Source: Candidatus Spongiihabitans sp. (GTDB lineage: Bacteria; Pseudomonadota; Gammaproteobacteria; Arenicellales; Poriferihabitantaceae). Taken from it: a stretch of DNA of 64,000 bases. A program made the translations under genes and the position numbers. Location of the stretch: NCBI RefSeq assembly GCF_965247905.1, contig NZ_OZ252047.1, forward strand, positions 1,622,845-1,686,844. The letters are read 5' to 3'. The notes beneath the pieces are model-generated. The model made no database searches, had not been told where the DNA came from, and was given only the letters and a program-made list of their open reading frames with translations. Position 1 is the stretch's first letter. Each line of letters opens with the position of its first letter. Of this stretch, positions 1-8,833 are shown one piece after another.

Positions 1-87
1 GCGGGTCATGGTGGGGTGGAAAACAAACTACGCATCATTACAACGGGTGTCGTCACTTACTCGGAGAGTATAGCTATTGTTCTTTGG

Positions 88-561
88 TTAAACAGAGACG
101 ATGATGTTTCCGTCATGGATAGTTATGTGAAATGGCATAAGTAAATCCATGCCTAATATGATATCAAAGCCGCGGTCTATGCCGATGTCGGGGAAGGTGG
201 TGACTTCGACCTGCTGCAACCCGTGCCATGATTCATGCACCGCTTGCCGCGTAGTAACGTTGCCATCTTCCTTCGTTCCATGCTGTGTTTCGAACTGGGT
301 TACGGGAACCGCAATTCCAACTAAATACACGAGAGTTTCGTGAGGTCCGCCCGCCGTCGTTATCTCCATCTTATGATGTGACCGCAACTTTAAATCAGTT
401 ACGATTTTGTTGGAAATGCCACAACGATTAGCCCCGGTATCAATCAATGCGCGATAACTGGCGGCGGTTTTATAGGCTTCAACCTTTTGAGCGGGCGGGA
501 GAACTTTTATCGCAATGATGAACTGCTTTTGCAGATTTATATCTTTCCTAAAAGATGGCAT
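88..561 (-). CDS. retropepsin-like (clan AA) aspartic protease
   Basis: ORF 88..657; D-T-G-A active-site signature (ALIDTGANRCG) and GFDIILGMDLL near the C-terminus. Start placed at ATG 561 (MPSFRKD), which overlaps the upstream ORF stop by 14 nt; the 657 start would overlap it by 110 nt. Confidence 0.5.
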   Translation of the reverse strand: MPSFRKDINLQKQFIIAIKVLPPAQKVEAYKTAASYRALIDTGANRCGISNKIVTDLKLRSHHKMEITTAGGPHETLVYLVGIAVPVTQFETQHGTKEDGNVTTRQAVHESWHGLQQVEVTTFPDIGIDRGFDIILGMDLLMPFHITIHDGNIIVSV

Positions 562-811
562 TAGACTGATGCCCGAAATCAGCTGGAGTATGTCGTATTG
601 ATTGGACAGAAAAATTTCCCAACCCATAATCTTTGATGCCGACTTGGATCGCATCATGCGTGGTTTGAAAAAACATCACTAATTCCTGTCTGTGAATAAG
701 CGCGTGCTCGGACAAGTGATCGTCGCGCCACTCGGGCAACATCTTCTTGAAGTATTTGTAGTTGTCATTCACTTCGCGTTCTGCCGCTTTGACTTCATCT
801 TTTATGGTCAT
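548..811 (-). CDS. hypothetical protein (87 aa), upstream partner of the aspartic protease
   Basis: intact ORF overlapping the protease start; no motif recognised. Confidence 0.4.
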   Translation of the reverse strand: MTIKDEVKAAEREVNDNYKYFKKMLPEWRDDHLSEHALIHRQELVMFFQTTHDAIQVGIKDYGLGNFSVQSIRHTPADFGHQSNAIF

Positions 812-878
812 GACTTAATCTCCTCACATCATTTTGATATGAATGCTCTCAATATAGCACATCGTTAGCACGCACACT

Positions 879-1292
879 TTAGAACTTTTTATACGCCTTC
901 ATTAACTCCACCATCGGATGAGTTTGCGCCATTTGGAACTTGACCAGCAACTCACGCGCAATCATGTCGCGATCCTGTTGGTTATCCGGCAGTGTCATAT
1001 CTTCCGGAACCTGCACCCAGCCATTGATGTTGCGGTCGAATACAGCCGGTCGATTTTCTTCGTAGCCCATATGCACATCCTCCAGCCAGTTCAAATCGTC
1101 CCAGCCCATTATCTCCATGTATTTTTTAAGAAATGCCGGGCAACGATCCATATTCGGCACCAGATTCACATCGTAACGATAACCGATGTGTTGGCCAATA
1201 TCTTTTTCGCGGCCTGTATCCAAGCCATCGGATTCGATAAATTTATTCACGTCATCGCGCGCGTGGTCGCGCATATCATCGCTCATTTTCAT
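879..1292 (-). CDS. hypothetical acidic protein (137 aa), last gene of the mgs-like operon
   Basis: starts 4 nt after the stop of the FMN-subunit gene on the same strand; no motif recognised. Confidence 0.45.
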   Translation of the reverse strand: MKMSDDMRDHARDDVNKFIESDGLDTGREKDIGQHIGYRYDVNLVPNMDRCPAFLKKYMEIMGWDDLNWLEDVHMGYEENRPAVFDRNINGWVQVPEDMTLPDNQQDRDMIARELLVKFQMAQTHPMVELMKAYKKF

Positions 1293-1296
1293 CCTC

Positions 1297-2649
1297 CTAA
1301 AATCGAGTCATGTCGGGCCGCCCGACGGTATGCTGGGTGCCTGCCAGCGGGACTTGCGCTAATGCGGAAGCCTCCATGGTTAATGCGGCTAAATCTTCAG
1401 GCTCGAGGGAGTGGATATTGGTTTTTCCGCAAGCACGCGCCAAAAGTTGCGCTTCGATGGTCAGCGTATGCAGGAAGTTATACACGCGCTCGGCCGCTTC
1501 GTCTGGGTTCAAGCGCTTGCGCAGTTGCGGGTCTTGGGTAGCGATGCCAACCGGGCAGCGGCCGGTGTGACAATGATAGCAATGACCCGCGGCAACGCCC
1601 ATTTCTTTCTCGAAATCCGCCTCAGGAATCGCTTTGTTGCAGTTCAGCGCCATCAACGCGGAATGCCCAATGGCGACCGCATCCGCGCCCAATGCCAGCG
1701 CCTTGGCCACATCACCGCCGTTACGGATGCCGCCGGCATAAACCAAGGATATCTCCCCGGCTTTACCGACATCTTCAAGCGCGCGGCGCGCTTGTCGAAT
1801 GGCGGCGATGCCCGGGATGCCGGTTTCTTCTGTTGCAAGATGAGGGCCTGCGCCAGTGCCACCTTCCATGCCATCGATATAGATGGAGTCGGGACCGGTT
1901 TTTGCCGCCATGCGCACGTCATCGTAAACCCGCGCGGCGCCCAGTTTTAGCTGAATGGGAATTTCGCTGTTGGTTGCTTCGCGAATTTCATCGATTTTCA
2001 AAGCTAGATCATCGGGTCCCAGCCAGTCAGGGTGGCGCGCCGGGGAACGCTGATCGATGCCAGCCGGCAACGATCTCATCTCGGCCACTTGGTCGGTGAC
2101 CTTCTGCCCCATTAAGTGGCCGCCGAGTCCCACCTTGCAGCCTTGCCCGATAAAAAATTCCACGCAATCCGCCAAGCGCAGGTGATTTGGATTAAAACCG
2201 TAACGGGATTGAATACATTGATACATCCACTTTTCGGAGTAGCGGCGTTCATCGGGAATCATGCCTCCTTCGCCGGAGCAGGTCGCAGTGCCGGCCATGG
2301 TCGCGCCGCGCGCCAATGCGGTCTTGGCTTCATAGGACAATGCGCCAAAACTCATGCCGGTAATATAAATCGGAATATCCAACACCATGGGGCGTTTTGC
2401 TTTTGGGCCAATTATGGTTTCAGTCAGGCATTTTTCGCGGTAACCCTCGATGACGAAACGAGTCAACGTGCCCGGCATAAAAGTCAGATCATCCCAGGTC
2501 GGGATTTTTTTGAACAGGGAAAAACCGCGCATACGGTAACGTCCCAACTCGGCTTTGATATGAATATCATCGATCACCGCTGGCGGGAACATGAAACTTT
2601 GTCCCAGGTGATGGGGGTCTCGGTCTATTTTTGGCATTGGTTTTGACAT
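1297..2649 (-). CDS. FMN-dependent glutamate synthase domain-2 family protein (N-methylglutamate synthase subunit C-like / GlxD-like)
   Basis: ORF 1297..2733; GltB FMN-domain hallmarks (ITGMSFGALS, IDGMEGGTGAGP, YAGGIRNGGDVAKALALGADAV). Start set at ATG 2649 (MSKPMPK), preceded by AGGAAA and downstream of the GXGXG gene stop at 2666. Confidence 0.85.
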   Translation of the reverse strand: MSKPMPKIDRDPHHLGQSFMFPPAVIDDIHIKAELGRYRMRGFSLFKKIPTWDDLTFMPGTLTRFVIEGYREKCLTETIIGPKAKRPMVLDIPIYITGMSFGALSYEAKTALARGATMAGTATCSGEGGMIPDERRYSEKWMYQCIQSRYGFNPNHLRLADCVEFFIGQGCKVGLGGHLMGQKVTDQVAEMRSLPAGIDQRSPARHPDWLGPDDLALKIDEIREATNSEIPIQLKLGAARVYDDVRMAAKTGPDSIYIDGMEGGTGAGPHLATEETGIPGIAAIRQARRALEDVGKAGEISLVYAGGIRNGGDVAKALALGADAVAIGHSALMALNCNKAIPEADFEKEMGVAAGHCYHCHTGRCPVGIATQDPQLRKRLNPDEAAERVYNFLHTLTIEAQLLARACGKTNIHSLEPEDLAALTMEASALAQVPLAGTQHTVGRPDMTRF

Positions 2650-2665
2650 AATTATTTTCCTGGCG

Positions 2666-3505
2666 CTAGAGCACCAATTTTTTCTCGGTGGGTTCAAGAT
2701 TGTCGTAGTTCCACAACTGTTTGCCGGCCACAAATTTCTTTAAATTTTCGATCCCGCATGCCGGTTCAATGCCATACATGCCCAACTTGGTTTTCAGCCA
2801 TTTCAGCTCGGTGTCATTCATTTCACCCGGCACGCAATCTACACCCAGATCTTCGACCTGACCACCGACGTAGATGGTGCCGTCATACATGGAGTCACCC
2901 AGACTCTTGCTCGCGTCACCACAAATGATCATACGCCCGCGTTGCATCATGAAGCCGGAGAACGCGCCAGTGCGCCCGCCGACGATGATGGTGCCGCCTT
3001 TTTGGTCGATGCCGGTGCGCGAGCCGACATCACCGCGGCAAACCAAGTCGCCGCCACGAATCGCCGCGCCAAATGTTGAACCGGCGTTTTTATCAATCAC
3101 GACTTTGCCCGCCATCATGTTTTCTGCACAAGACCAACCGACTCGACCGCTGATATGAATGTTCGGGCCATCGACTAAGCCGCAGCCAAAATAGCCGAGG
3201 CTGCCTTCAAATTTCAGGTTCAGGCGATTGAGAATGCCGACGCCGACGCCGTGCTTGGCGCGCGGATTTTTTACGGTAATGGTGCCGTGACCCGATTGCA
3301 TCAGTTCACGAATTTTCAGGTTAATGGCGGATGAATCCATTGCCTCCGCATCAAACTCCGCGGTTTTATCAAAGTCAACCTCGTAGGCCCAGGGATAGGT
3401 GAAATTTTCTTCCTCGGCGGCGCTAAAGAAACGCTGTTGCGTTCGACCGGTTAACTGCTCGTCATGCAGACCCATATCATGGGATTTGCGCTCTACACCT
3501 GCCAT
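2666..3505 (-). CDS. GXGXG-motif protein (glutamate synthase alpha C-terminal domain family; MgsB/GlxC-like)
   Basis: repeated G-x-G-x-G beta-helix motifs (GVGVGILN, GSLGYFGCG, GGTIIVGGRTG); overlaps the amidotransferase stop. Confidence 0.8.
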   Translation of the reverse strand: MAGVERKSHDMGLHDEQLTGRTQQRFFSAAEEENFTYPWAYEVDFDKTAEFDAEAMDSSAINLKIRELMQSGHGTITVKNPRAKHGVGVGILNRLNLKFEGSLGYFGCGLVDGPNIHISGRVGWSCAENMMAGKVVIDKNAGSTFGAAIRGGDLVCRGDVGSRTGIDQKGGTIIVGGRTGAFSGFMMQRGRMIICGDASKSLGDSMYDGTIYVGGQVEDLGVDCVPGEMNDTELKWLKTKLGMYGIEPACGIENLKKFVAGKQLWNYDNLEPTEKKLVL

Positions 3506-4428
3506 ACTTTTACCTCGCCGTGATAGGGATCCCAGGTTTCAATTTCATCTGGAAATATACTGCGGATAGCGACTTCTTCTGAAGCCAGCCCGACAAATTC
3601 ATCGCTTTCATATAACACCATCGGCTTGGCCGCCATGACATCTTTCGCCATTCCCAGTTGGTTGCTGGTTGCCACCAGATACGTGAAAACACCGTCCAGT
3701 TGGTCGACCGACCGGGTCATGGCTTGTTCAAGATCATCGCCGCGGCCGATGCGGTCGGCGATATACACCGCGATTAATTCCGAATCACAATCGGACACAA
3801 AACGATGGCCGCGGCGTTCCATCTGGCGGCGGAAACTCCAGTAGTTGGTAAGCTGCCCGTTATGCACAACGGATACGTCGTTAAATGGATAAGCCCAGTA
3901 AGGGTGGGCCGAGCGGATATCCACATCCGATTCGGTCGCCATACGGGTATGTCCGATGCCGTGTGTGCCTTCGAAACCGGCCAAGCCATATTGCTCGGAC
4001 ACCACTGCCGCGTCACCCAAATCCTTGATTAATTCCAGACACGCCCCGATGGACAGGATTTCCACGCCGTCGATGTCCTCAACATAAGCGGCCAGTTGTC
4101 TCATATCGCCAGCAAAGGAAAAAGTGTATCGGTGGGAATATTCGGTCGCTTGATTGCGACGTTTTACGTTTACGCCCAGACTTTCCAGTCTATGGTCGAC
4201 TTCTTTTAGGCGTTCAGCAATTTGTCGATGTATGTCAAAGCCCTTGTTCATGTCTTCTTGTTCGGCGACTTTGAAGCGCATCACATACTGATTTTTCGTA
4301 GGCTTTCCGTAAAGCGCGAAGCCGGTGGAATCCGGGCCTCGATGCTTCAAAGATTGGAGCATCGCCGTCATTTCCGTGCCAATGTCGGAACTTTTGCCGC
4401 GATGGATTAGTCCTGCAATACCGCACAT
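3493..4428 (-). CDS. class II (Ntn) glutamine amidotransferase (MgsA/GlxB-like)
   Basis: N-terminal MCGIAGL catalytic Cys2 signature, HRGPDSTG, HTRMATES. Confidence 0.85.
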   Translation of the reverse strand: MCGIAGLIHRGKSSDIGTEMTAMLQSLKHRGPDSTGFALYGKPTKNQYVMRFKVAEQEDMNKGFDIHRQIAERLKEVDHRLESLGVNVKRRNQATEYSHRYTFSFAGDMRQLAAYVEDIDGVEILSIGACLELIKDLGDAAVVSEQYGLAGFEGTHGIGHTRMATESDVDIRSAHPYWAYPFNDVSVVHNGQLTNYWSFRRQMERRGHRFVSDCDSELIAVYIADRIGRGDDLEQAMTRSVDQLDGVFTYLVATSNQLGMAKDVMAAKPMVLYESDEFVGLASEEVAIRSIFPDEIETWDPYHGEVKVWQV

Positions 4429-4473
4429 TGTGCAAGTCCTCGTTAAAGTTTGTGAAAATTTTTTTTTGAGGGG

Positions 4474-6039
4474 CTAAGGCAGGCAATCGAGATAATTTTC
4501 CAGATCCCAATCGGACACCGAATGATTAAACCGCTCCCATTCATCATTCTTGTAATGATGGTAAACCTTATACATTTCGCCCGGCATGGCCGAGCGCACC
4601 ACATCGTCTTGTGCAAGCGCTTTTAAGGCATCGCCCAAAGTCATCGGCAGTTTTTTGACTTGCTTGCCGGCTTCCATCGCCGTGTAGATATTGCGCTCTT
4701 CGGGCTCGCCCGGATCAAGGTTGCGGGCTATGCCGTCAGCGAACACTTTGAGCAGCGCGCCGCCCATCAGGTACGGGTTTACCATGGAATCCACCGAACG
4801 ATATTCAAACCGGCCCGGCGCCGAAACGCGTAACGCGCAAGTGCGATTCTGAAATCCCCAGTCGGCAAAAACCGGCGCCCAGAAACCGGTGTCCCACAAG
4901 CGCCGATAGGAATTAACCGTGGACGAGCCGATGGAGGTCAAGGCGGCGAGATGCTCGATAACCCCGCCGATGGAATGCAGACCGATCGGGCCGGGTTTAA
5001 CGGCATCGATTTTCGGGTCGGGCATGAAATGGTTTTTGCCGCCTTCACGATAAGTGAATACGCCATCCATGCCGGGGATGGATTTTTGGTGAAGTTTGTT
5101 GATTTTGTCCTTGCCGCCCGACCATAACGACACGTTATGGTGGCAACCGGACGCCGAGACGTTCATGAACGGCTTGGACATGAAACAGGCATGCAGGCCT
5201 TGTTCCCGGGCGACCTGGGCGCAGATTTGACGATAGGTGGTCAGCCGATCAGAATTTCTCAGGACATCGTCGAACATCCAGTTCAACTCCAGTTGCCCCG
5301 GCGCGTCCTCGTGGTCGCCCTGAATCATGTCGAAGCCCATCTTTTCGCCATATTCGATGACCTGCATAAACGCCGGGCGCAACTCTTCGAATTGATCGAT
5401 GTGATAGCAGTTGGGCTTGGTGACGCCGCCTTTGAGTTGCTTGTTCTCGTCCAGCCTGAGCCACATCATTTCCGGCTCGGTGCCGGCGCGCATGTGCATG
5501 TTGTGCTTGTTCTCGAACTCTTGATGGATAAGCGCCAGGTTGCCGCGACAATCGGAGGTCAGGTGCGCGCCGGGATCAACGCGCTCTTCGCGGTTGCGGT
5601 AACAAGTGCAAAATACGCGGGCGATGCGTTTGTCCCAAGGCAGTTGCACGAAGGTCTCCGGGTCGGCGATGCCGACTAACTCGGAGGCTTCGGGACCATA
5701 GCCGATGTAATCGCCGTGGCGGTCGATGAACAGGTTTGCGGTGGAGCCGTAAACCAGTTGGAAGCCTCTTTCCGCGACTCGTTCCCAATGGTCGGCCGGG
5801 ATGCCTTTGCCGACAATGCGCCCGGTCACGGAAACAAACTGAAAGTAAATATAGGTTACCCCGGTTTCCTTGATTTTTGCGCGCACCTGCTTAACCAGTT
5901 GCGCCCGGCCCGGGGCATTGACCTGACGCTCTAAATCAGTCGAGGTTTGCGCACGACGGGTGGGTCGTTTGCGACCCGCGGTTTTGTTTGTCGAGATTTT
6001 CTTTGTCACGGTTTTCTTTTTAGCCATTTTATTCTCCAA
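4474..6039 (-). CDS. glutamine synthetase family protein (type III / gamma-glutamylmethylamide synthetase-like) with a basic N-terminal extension
   Basis: GS catalytic-domain similarity (GTEPEMMWL, HHNVSLW, NRTCALRV). Sits immediately upstream of the GATase/GXGXG/FMN trio, as in N-methylglutamate pathway clusters. First ~55 aa are Lys/Arg-rich. Confidence 0.75.
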   Translation of the reverse strand: MENKMAKKKTVTKKISTNKTAGRKRPTRRAQTSTDLERQVNAPGRAQLVKQVRAKIKETGVTYIYFQFVSVTGRIVGKGIPADHWERVAERGFQLVYGSTANLFIDRHGDYIGYGPEASELVGIADPETFVQLPWDKRIARVFCTCYRNREERVDPGAHLTSDCRGNLALIHQEFENKHNMHMRAGTEPEMMWLRLDENKQLKGGVTKPNCYHIDQFEELRPAFMQVIEYGEKMGFDMIQGDHEDAPGQLELNWMFDDVLRNSDRLTTYRQICAQVAREQGLHACFMSKPFMNVSASGCHHNVSLWSGGKDKINKLHQKSIPGMDGVFTYREGGKNHFMPDPKIDAVKPGPIGLHSIGGVIEHLAALTSIGSSTVNSYRRLWDTGFWAPVFADWGFQNRTCALRVSAPGRFEYRSVDSMVNPYLMGGALLKVFADGIARNLDPGEPEERNIYTAMEAGKQVKKLPMTLGDALKALAQDDVVRSAMPGEMYKVYHHYKNDEWERFNHSVSDWDLENYLDCLP

Positions 6040-6123
6040 TAGACGACATGTTTATTTATGGGGTGTTTCGGGTATCAGTTTTATCCGAAGGTTCACTAAC
6101 TCCATCCATTAACTCCAAATTCA

Positions 6124-7476
6124 CTAACTCCATGGAAATGGGCTGTGGGATAGCGGATGCAGCTTGCCTTCAATATAACGCGAAAAACGGAATGGTTCCA
6201 ATAGCCTGCTGTTTGTGCCGAGCAGTTCTTCGGCGACCAATTTTCCAACCCCAAGCATTTTATAGCCATGATTGGAATCGGTGATGAAATAACAGTTATC
6301 CCTGAATCTATCGAAAACCGGAAAACTATCCGGGGTAAACGAGCCTATTCCACCAGACGGTTGGTCGTTGTATTTCGGCGCCTGACCTTGAAAACGTTTT
6401 TGGCAATGGGCTAACGCCGAGGTCCACATATGCGCGAATTCAGGGCCGACGATAAACTCCGGCGAATCCGCGCCATAAGGATCAACCGCGACTTTGTCTG
6501 GATCAGTTTCCACCTTGAACGGCGCGGCGCCGCCTTGCACGCCGTTAAAATGAAAATCGGGCTTATAATAAACGCCCCACATTTCATCGGTAATCAATGA
6601 GCCGTCCACATCGGAATACAACGGCGCATCGGAATCGACATGAATAACCGGCGGCAATTTCCCATCATTGGTTTTTTGCATATCCGGGTCAACGCCCAGC
6701 GTGCCTTCCTGCAATGACCAGTAAACCCACATTGGGATATTCCGATGAATTTCGCCCGCGCAATTAATATCCACCGTAATGTCCACCGTTTTTGGCAACT
6801 CAAGCATATCCCAAATAGTCTTGGCCCAGGGTCCCGGCGCAACAATCAATTGCTCACAAGCAATATTGCCCTTATCGGTTACCACTGCCTTGATCGAGTT
6901 GCTGGCGTCATCGCTTTGAAAACCGGTGGCCTTTACGCCGGTCAATATTCTTACGCCTTGCGCTTCAGCCTTGCCGGCCAGGCCATACAGCGATTTCGTG
7001 TTATTTGCAAAACCCCCTTTCTTTTCATGCAGTACCGAGGTGATGCCTTTTGCCTGCCAGTCATGGAACAGCCCTTTCATATAGTCCGCGGAGGCTTGCT
7101 CGCCGTCGATGAATACCGATTCGTAGCCAATCGCTTTTTGTTGTTCGGCGATGGAGGCCACATCTTCAAACATGGAATCCGGGCTAATCTGCATATAGCC
7201 GACCGGGTGATAACTATAGGCCTCGGCGTCGCTTTCCCATACTTCAACGCATTGCGCCATTAACTCGCGCATCGCCGGTTGGAAATAGTTATTGCGGACA
7301 ACGCCGCAGGCGATGCCCGAAGCGCCTGCTCCGATAGCGGTTTTATCGATGACTACTATATTGCCGCCGTCGCCCTTGCCTTTGGCTTTGAGTGCTAACG
7401 CCAAATGGTAGGCAGTGCTTAGTCCGTGGATACCGGCACCAATAATTAAATAATCACTGTGTTGAGGAAAGGCCAT
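6124..7476 (-). CDS. FAD-dependent oxidoreductase (DAO / sarcosine oxidase beta-like)
   Basis: N-terminal dinucleotide fold DYLIIGAGIHGLSTAYHLA; first gene of the operon. Confidence 0.75.
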   Translation of the reverse strand: MAFPQHSDYLIIGAGIHGLSTAYHLALALKAKGKGDGGNIVVIDKTAIGAGASGIACGVVRNNYFQPAMRELMAQCVEVWESDAEAYSYHPVGYMQISPDSMFEDVASIAEQQKAIGYESVFIDGEQASADYMKGLFHDWQAKGITSVLHEKKGGFANNTKSLYGLAGKAEAQGVRILTGVKATGFQSDDASNSIKAVVTDKGNIACEQLIVAPGPWAKTIWDMLELPKTVDITVDINCAGEIHRNIPMWVYWSLQEGTLGVDPDMQKTNDGKLPPVIHVDSDAPLYSDVDGSLITDEMWGVYYKPDFHFNGVQGGAAPFKVETDPDKVAVDPYGADSPEFIVGPEFAHMWTSALAHCQKRFQGQAPKYNDQPSGGIGSFTPDSFPVFDRFRDNCYFITDSNHGYKMLGVGKLVAEELLGTNSRLLEPFRFSRYIEGKLHPLSHSPFPWS

Positions 7477-7593
7477 GGCTGATTTTTATATGGTGATGAT
7501 ATTAAATTTATGGTACATTTTAGGTGCATATAATTTTAAACAATTTTATACCATTCGCCGGATAATTTGCGCCAGATAATTTACAGTGGGCCG

Positions 7594-7634
7594 TATTTAA
7601 CCCTGTTCTTATTTAACCCCGGTCTTATTTAACC
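7594..7634. promoter_or_regulatory. three phased direct repeats TATTTAACC (16-bp period) in the divergent promoter region
   Basis: copies at 7594-7602, 7610-7618 and 7626-7634, between the FAD-oxidoreductase operon (minus) and the GntR gene (plus). Confidence 0.4.
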
Positions 7635-7753
7635 ATGACCTACCGAGGGGTTGCAATATCAAATTGACCGATATAGAACAATTATCATAGACCATTTCCG
7701 AACCAATCAACTTATCATTCTAACCGGATAGAGACAACCCACTTCAAAATACC

Positions 7754-8437
7754 ATGCAAGACCACTTGAAAGTCACAATCGGTGCTACCGGATTATTTAA
7801 CCATATCCGTGCCGCTATTGTTAATGGCGACTACGCTTATAACGAGCGCCTGCCTTCCGAGAGAGCCTTGGCGGAGCAATTTTCCGTAGCGCGAGGAACC
7901 GTAAGAGCCGCTCTCAATCAATTAGAACGAGCGAATTTTGTCAGAAAAAAGTTTGGCAGCGGCACCTTTATTAATTACGACATCAAATTCGACCACGACA
8001 CGATATCCGAAGAAACCAGTCCGTTGGATTTGATCGAGACGCGGCTGGCCATAGAGCCCTATATGGTTAAATTGGTGGTCTCTAACGCCAACAATCGGGA
8101 GTTAAGAAAACTGGAACAAGCCTTAGACCATGTGGTTAATTGTCAACAAGACCCGGATTCCTTTTCATCCGCAGACGAGGCTTTCCATTTAATGTTGGCC
8201 AACTGCTCGCAAAACCCCTTGCTGATTTGGATGTATCAGCGCATTAATGATATTCGCAGCCATACCCAGTGGAGCCACCGTAAACATAATATATTAACGC
8301 CGGAAAAAATAGCCCAATACAATCAGCAACATAGCGATCTGCTAAACGCCATAATCAGGCGCGATATGGAAAGCGCATCCAATCTAATGATTCAACACCT
8401 GAGTCAGGCAAAGAAAGATTTGTTGAAGGATTCTTGA
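7754..8437 (+). CDS. GntR family (FadR/FCD subfamily) transcriptional regulator
   Basis: wHTH ERLPSERALAEQFSVARGTVRAALNQLE followed by an all-helical FCD-like C-terminal domain. Confidence 0.85.
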   Translation: MQDHLKVTIGATGLFNHIRAAIVNGDYAYNERLPSERALAEQFSVARGTVRAALNQLERANFVRKKFGSGTFINYDIKFDHDTISEETSPLDLIETRLAIEPYMVKLVVSNANNRELRKLEQALDHVVNCQQDPDSFSSADEAFHLMLANCSQNPLLIWMYQRINDIRSHTQWSHRKHNILTPEKIAQYNQQHSDLLNAIIRRDMESASNLMIQHLSQAKKDLLKDS

Positions 8438-8590
8438 CGGCGGGAGTGCAGATATTGCATCGTTACATGGACGTAACTTATTAGAGGTCGCTCATTGGCA
8501 TCCTGCCATCGCGACATTTGAACTTCCTGTTCATCACCTGCAGGAGCAATTGCCGAGGAGCAAATATCTGCCAGTACATCCATGTACATA

Positions 8591-8619
8591 AAGCCGCGGC
8601 TGGAAACCAACCGCGGCTT
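8591..8619. terminator. stem-loop (9-bp stem, 11-nt loop) between convergent genes
   Basis: AAGCCGCGG ... CCGCGGCTT; lies between the GntR stop (8437) and the stop of the small minus-strand ORF (8638); no clear U-tract. Confidence 0.35.
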
Positions 8620-8637
8620 GAATGTAAAACTAATTAT

Positions 8638-8808
8638 TTATGATTTGTACTTGTCCTCGGCAGCCTTTTCTGCTTTTAAAGACACCAACACAGGAATGAT
8701 GCAAAGAATCACACTGACCCAGAACCAGAGTACGGGGCCGCCGGATCCAGCATAGCTGAAGAATGCAGCCGCACCGTCCCAAGTTTGAATTGGACTTGAA
8801 TTAAACAT
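8638..8808 (-). CDS. small membrane protein (56 aa) downstream of amt; below the ORF-track length cutoff
   Basis: manual translation MFNSSPIQTWDGAAAFFSYAGSGGPVLWFWVSVILCIIPVLVSLKAEKAAEDKYKS. GGAGAAAA lies 6 nt before the ATG; one hydrophobic helix; starts 26 nt after the amt stop. Confidence 0.5.
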   Translation of the reverse strand: MFNSSPIQTWDGAAAFFSYAGSGGPVLWFWVSVILCIIPVLVSLKAEKAAEDKYKS

Positions 8809-8833
8809 AGTAATTTTCTCCGATAGTTAAGGT

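Noticed and set aside
918-1541. 207-aa plus-strand ORF, and many similar long ORFs antisense to confident genes (for example 15947-16471, 34533-35168, 40769-41389, 41735-42604, 55301-55870, 60650-61459)
   Set aside because: They lie entirely opposite strongly supported genes in GC-rich DNA, have low-complexity Arg/Ala/His-rich translations and no motifs. These are typical shadow ORFs.
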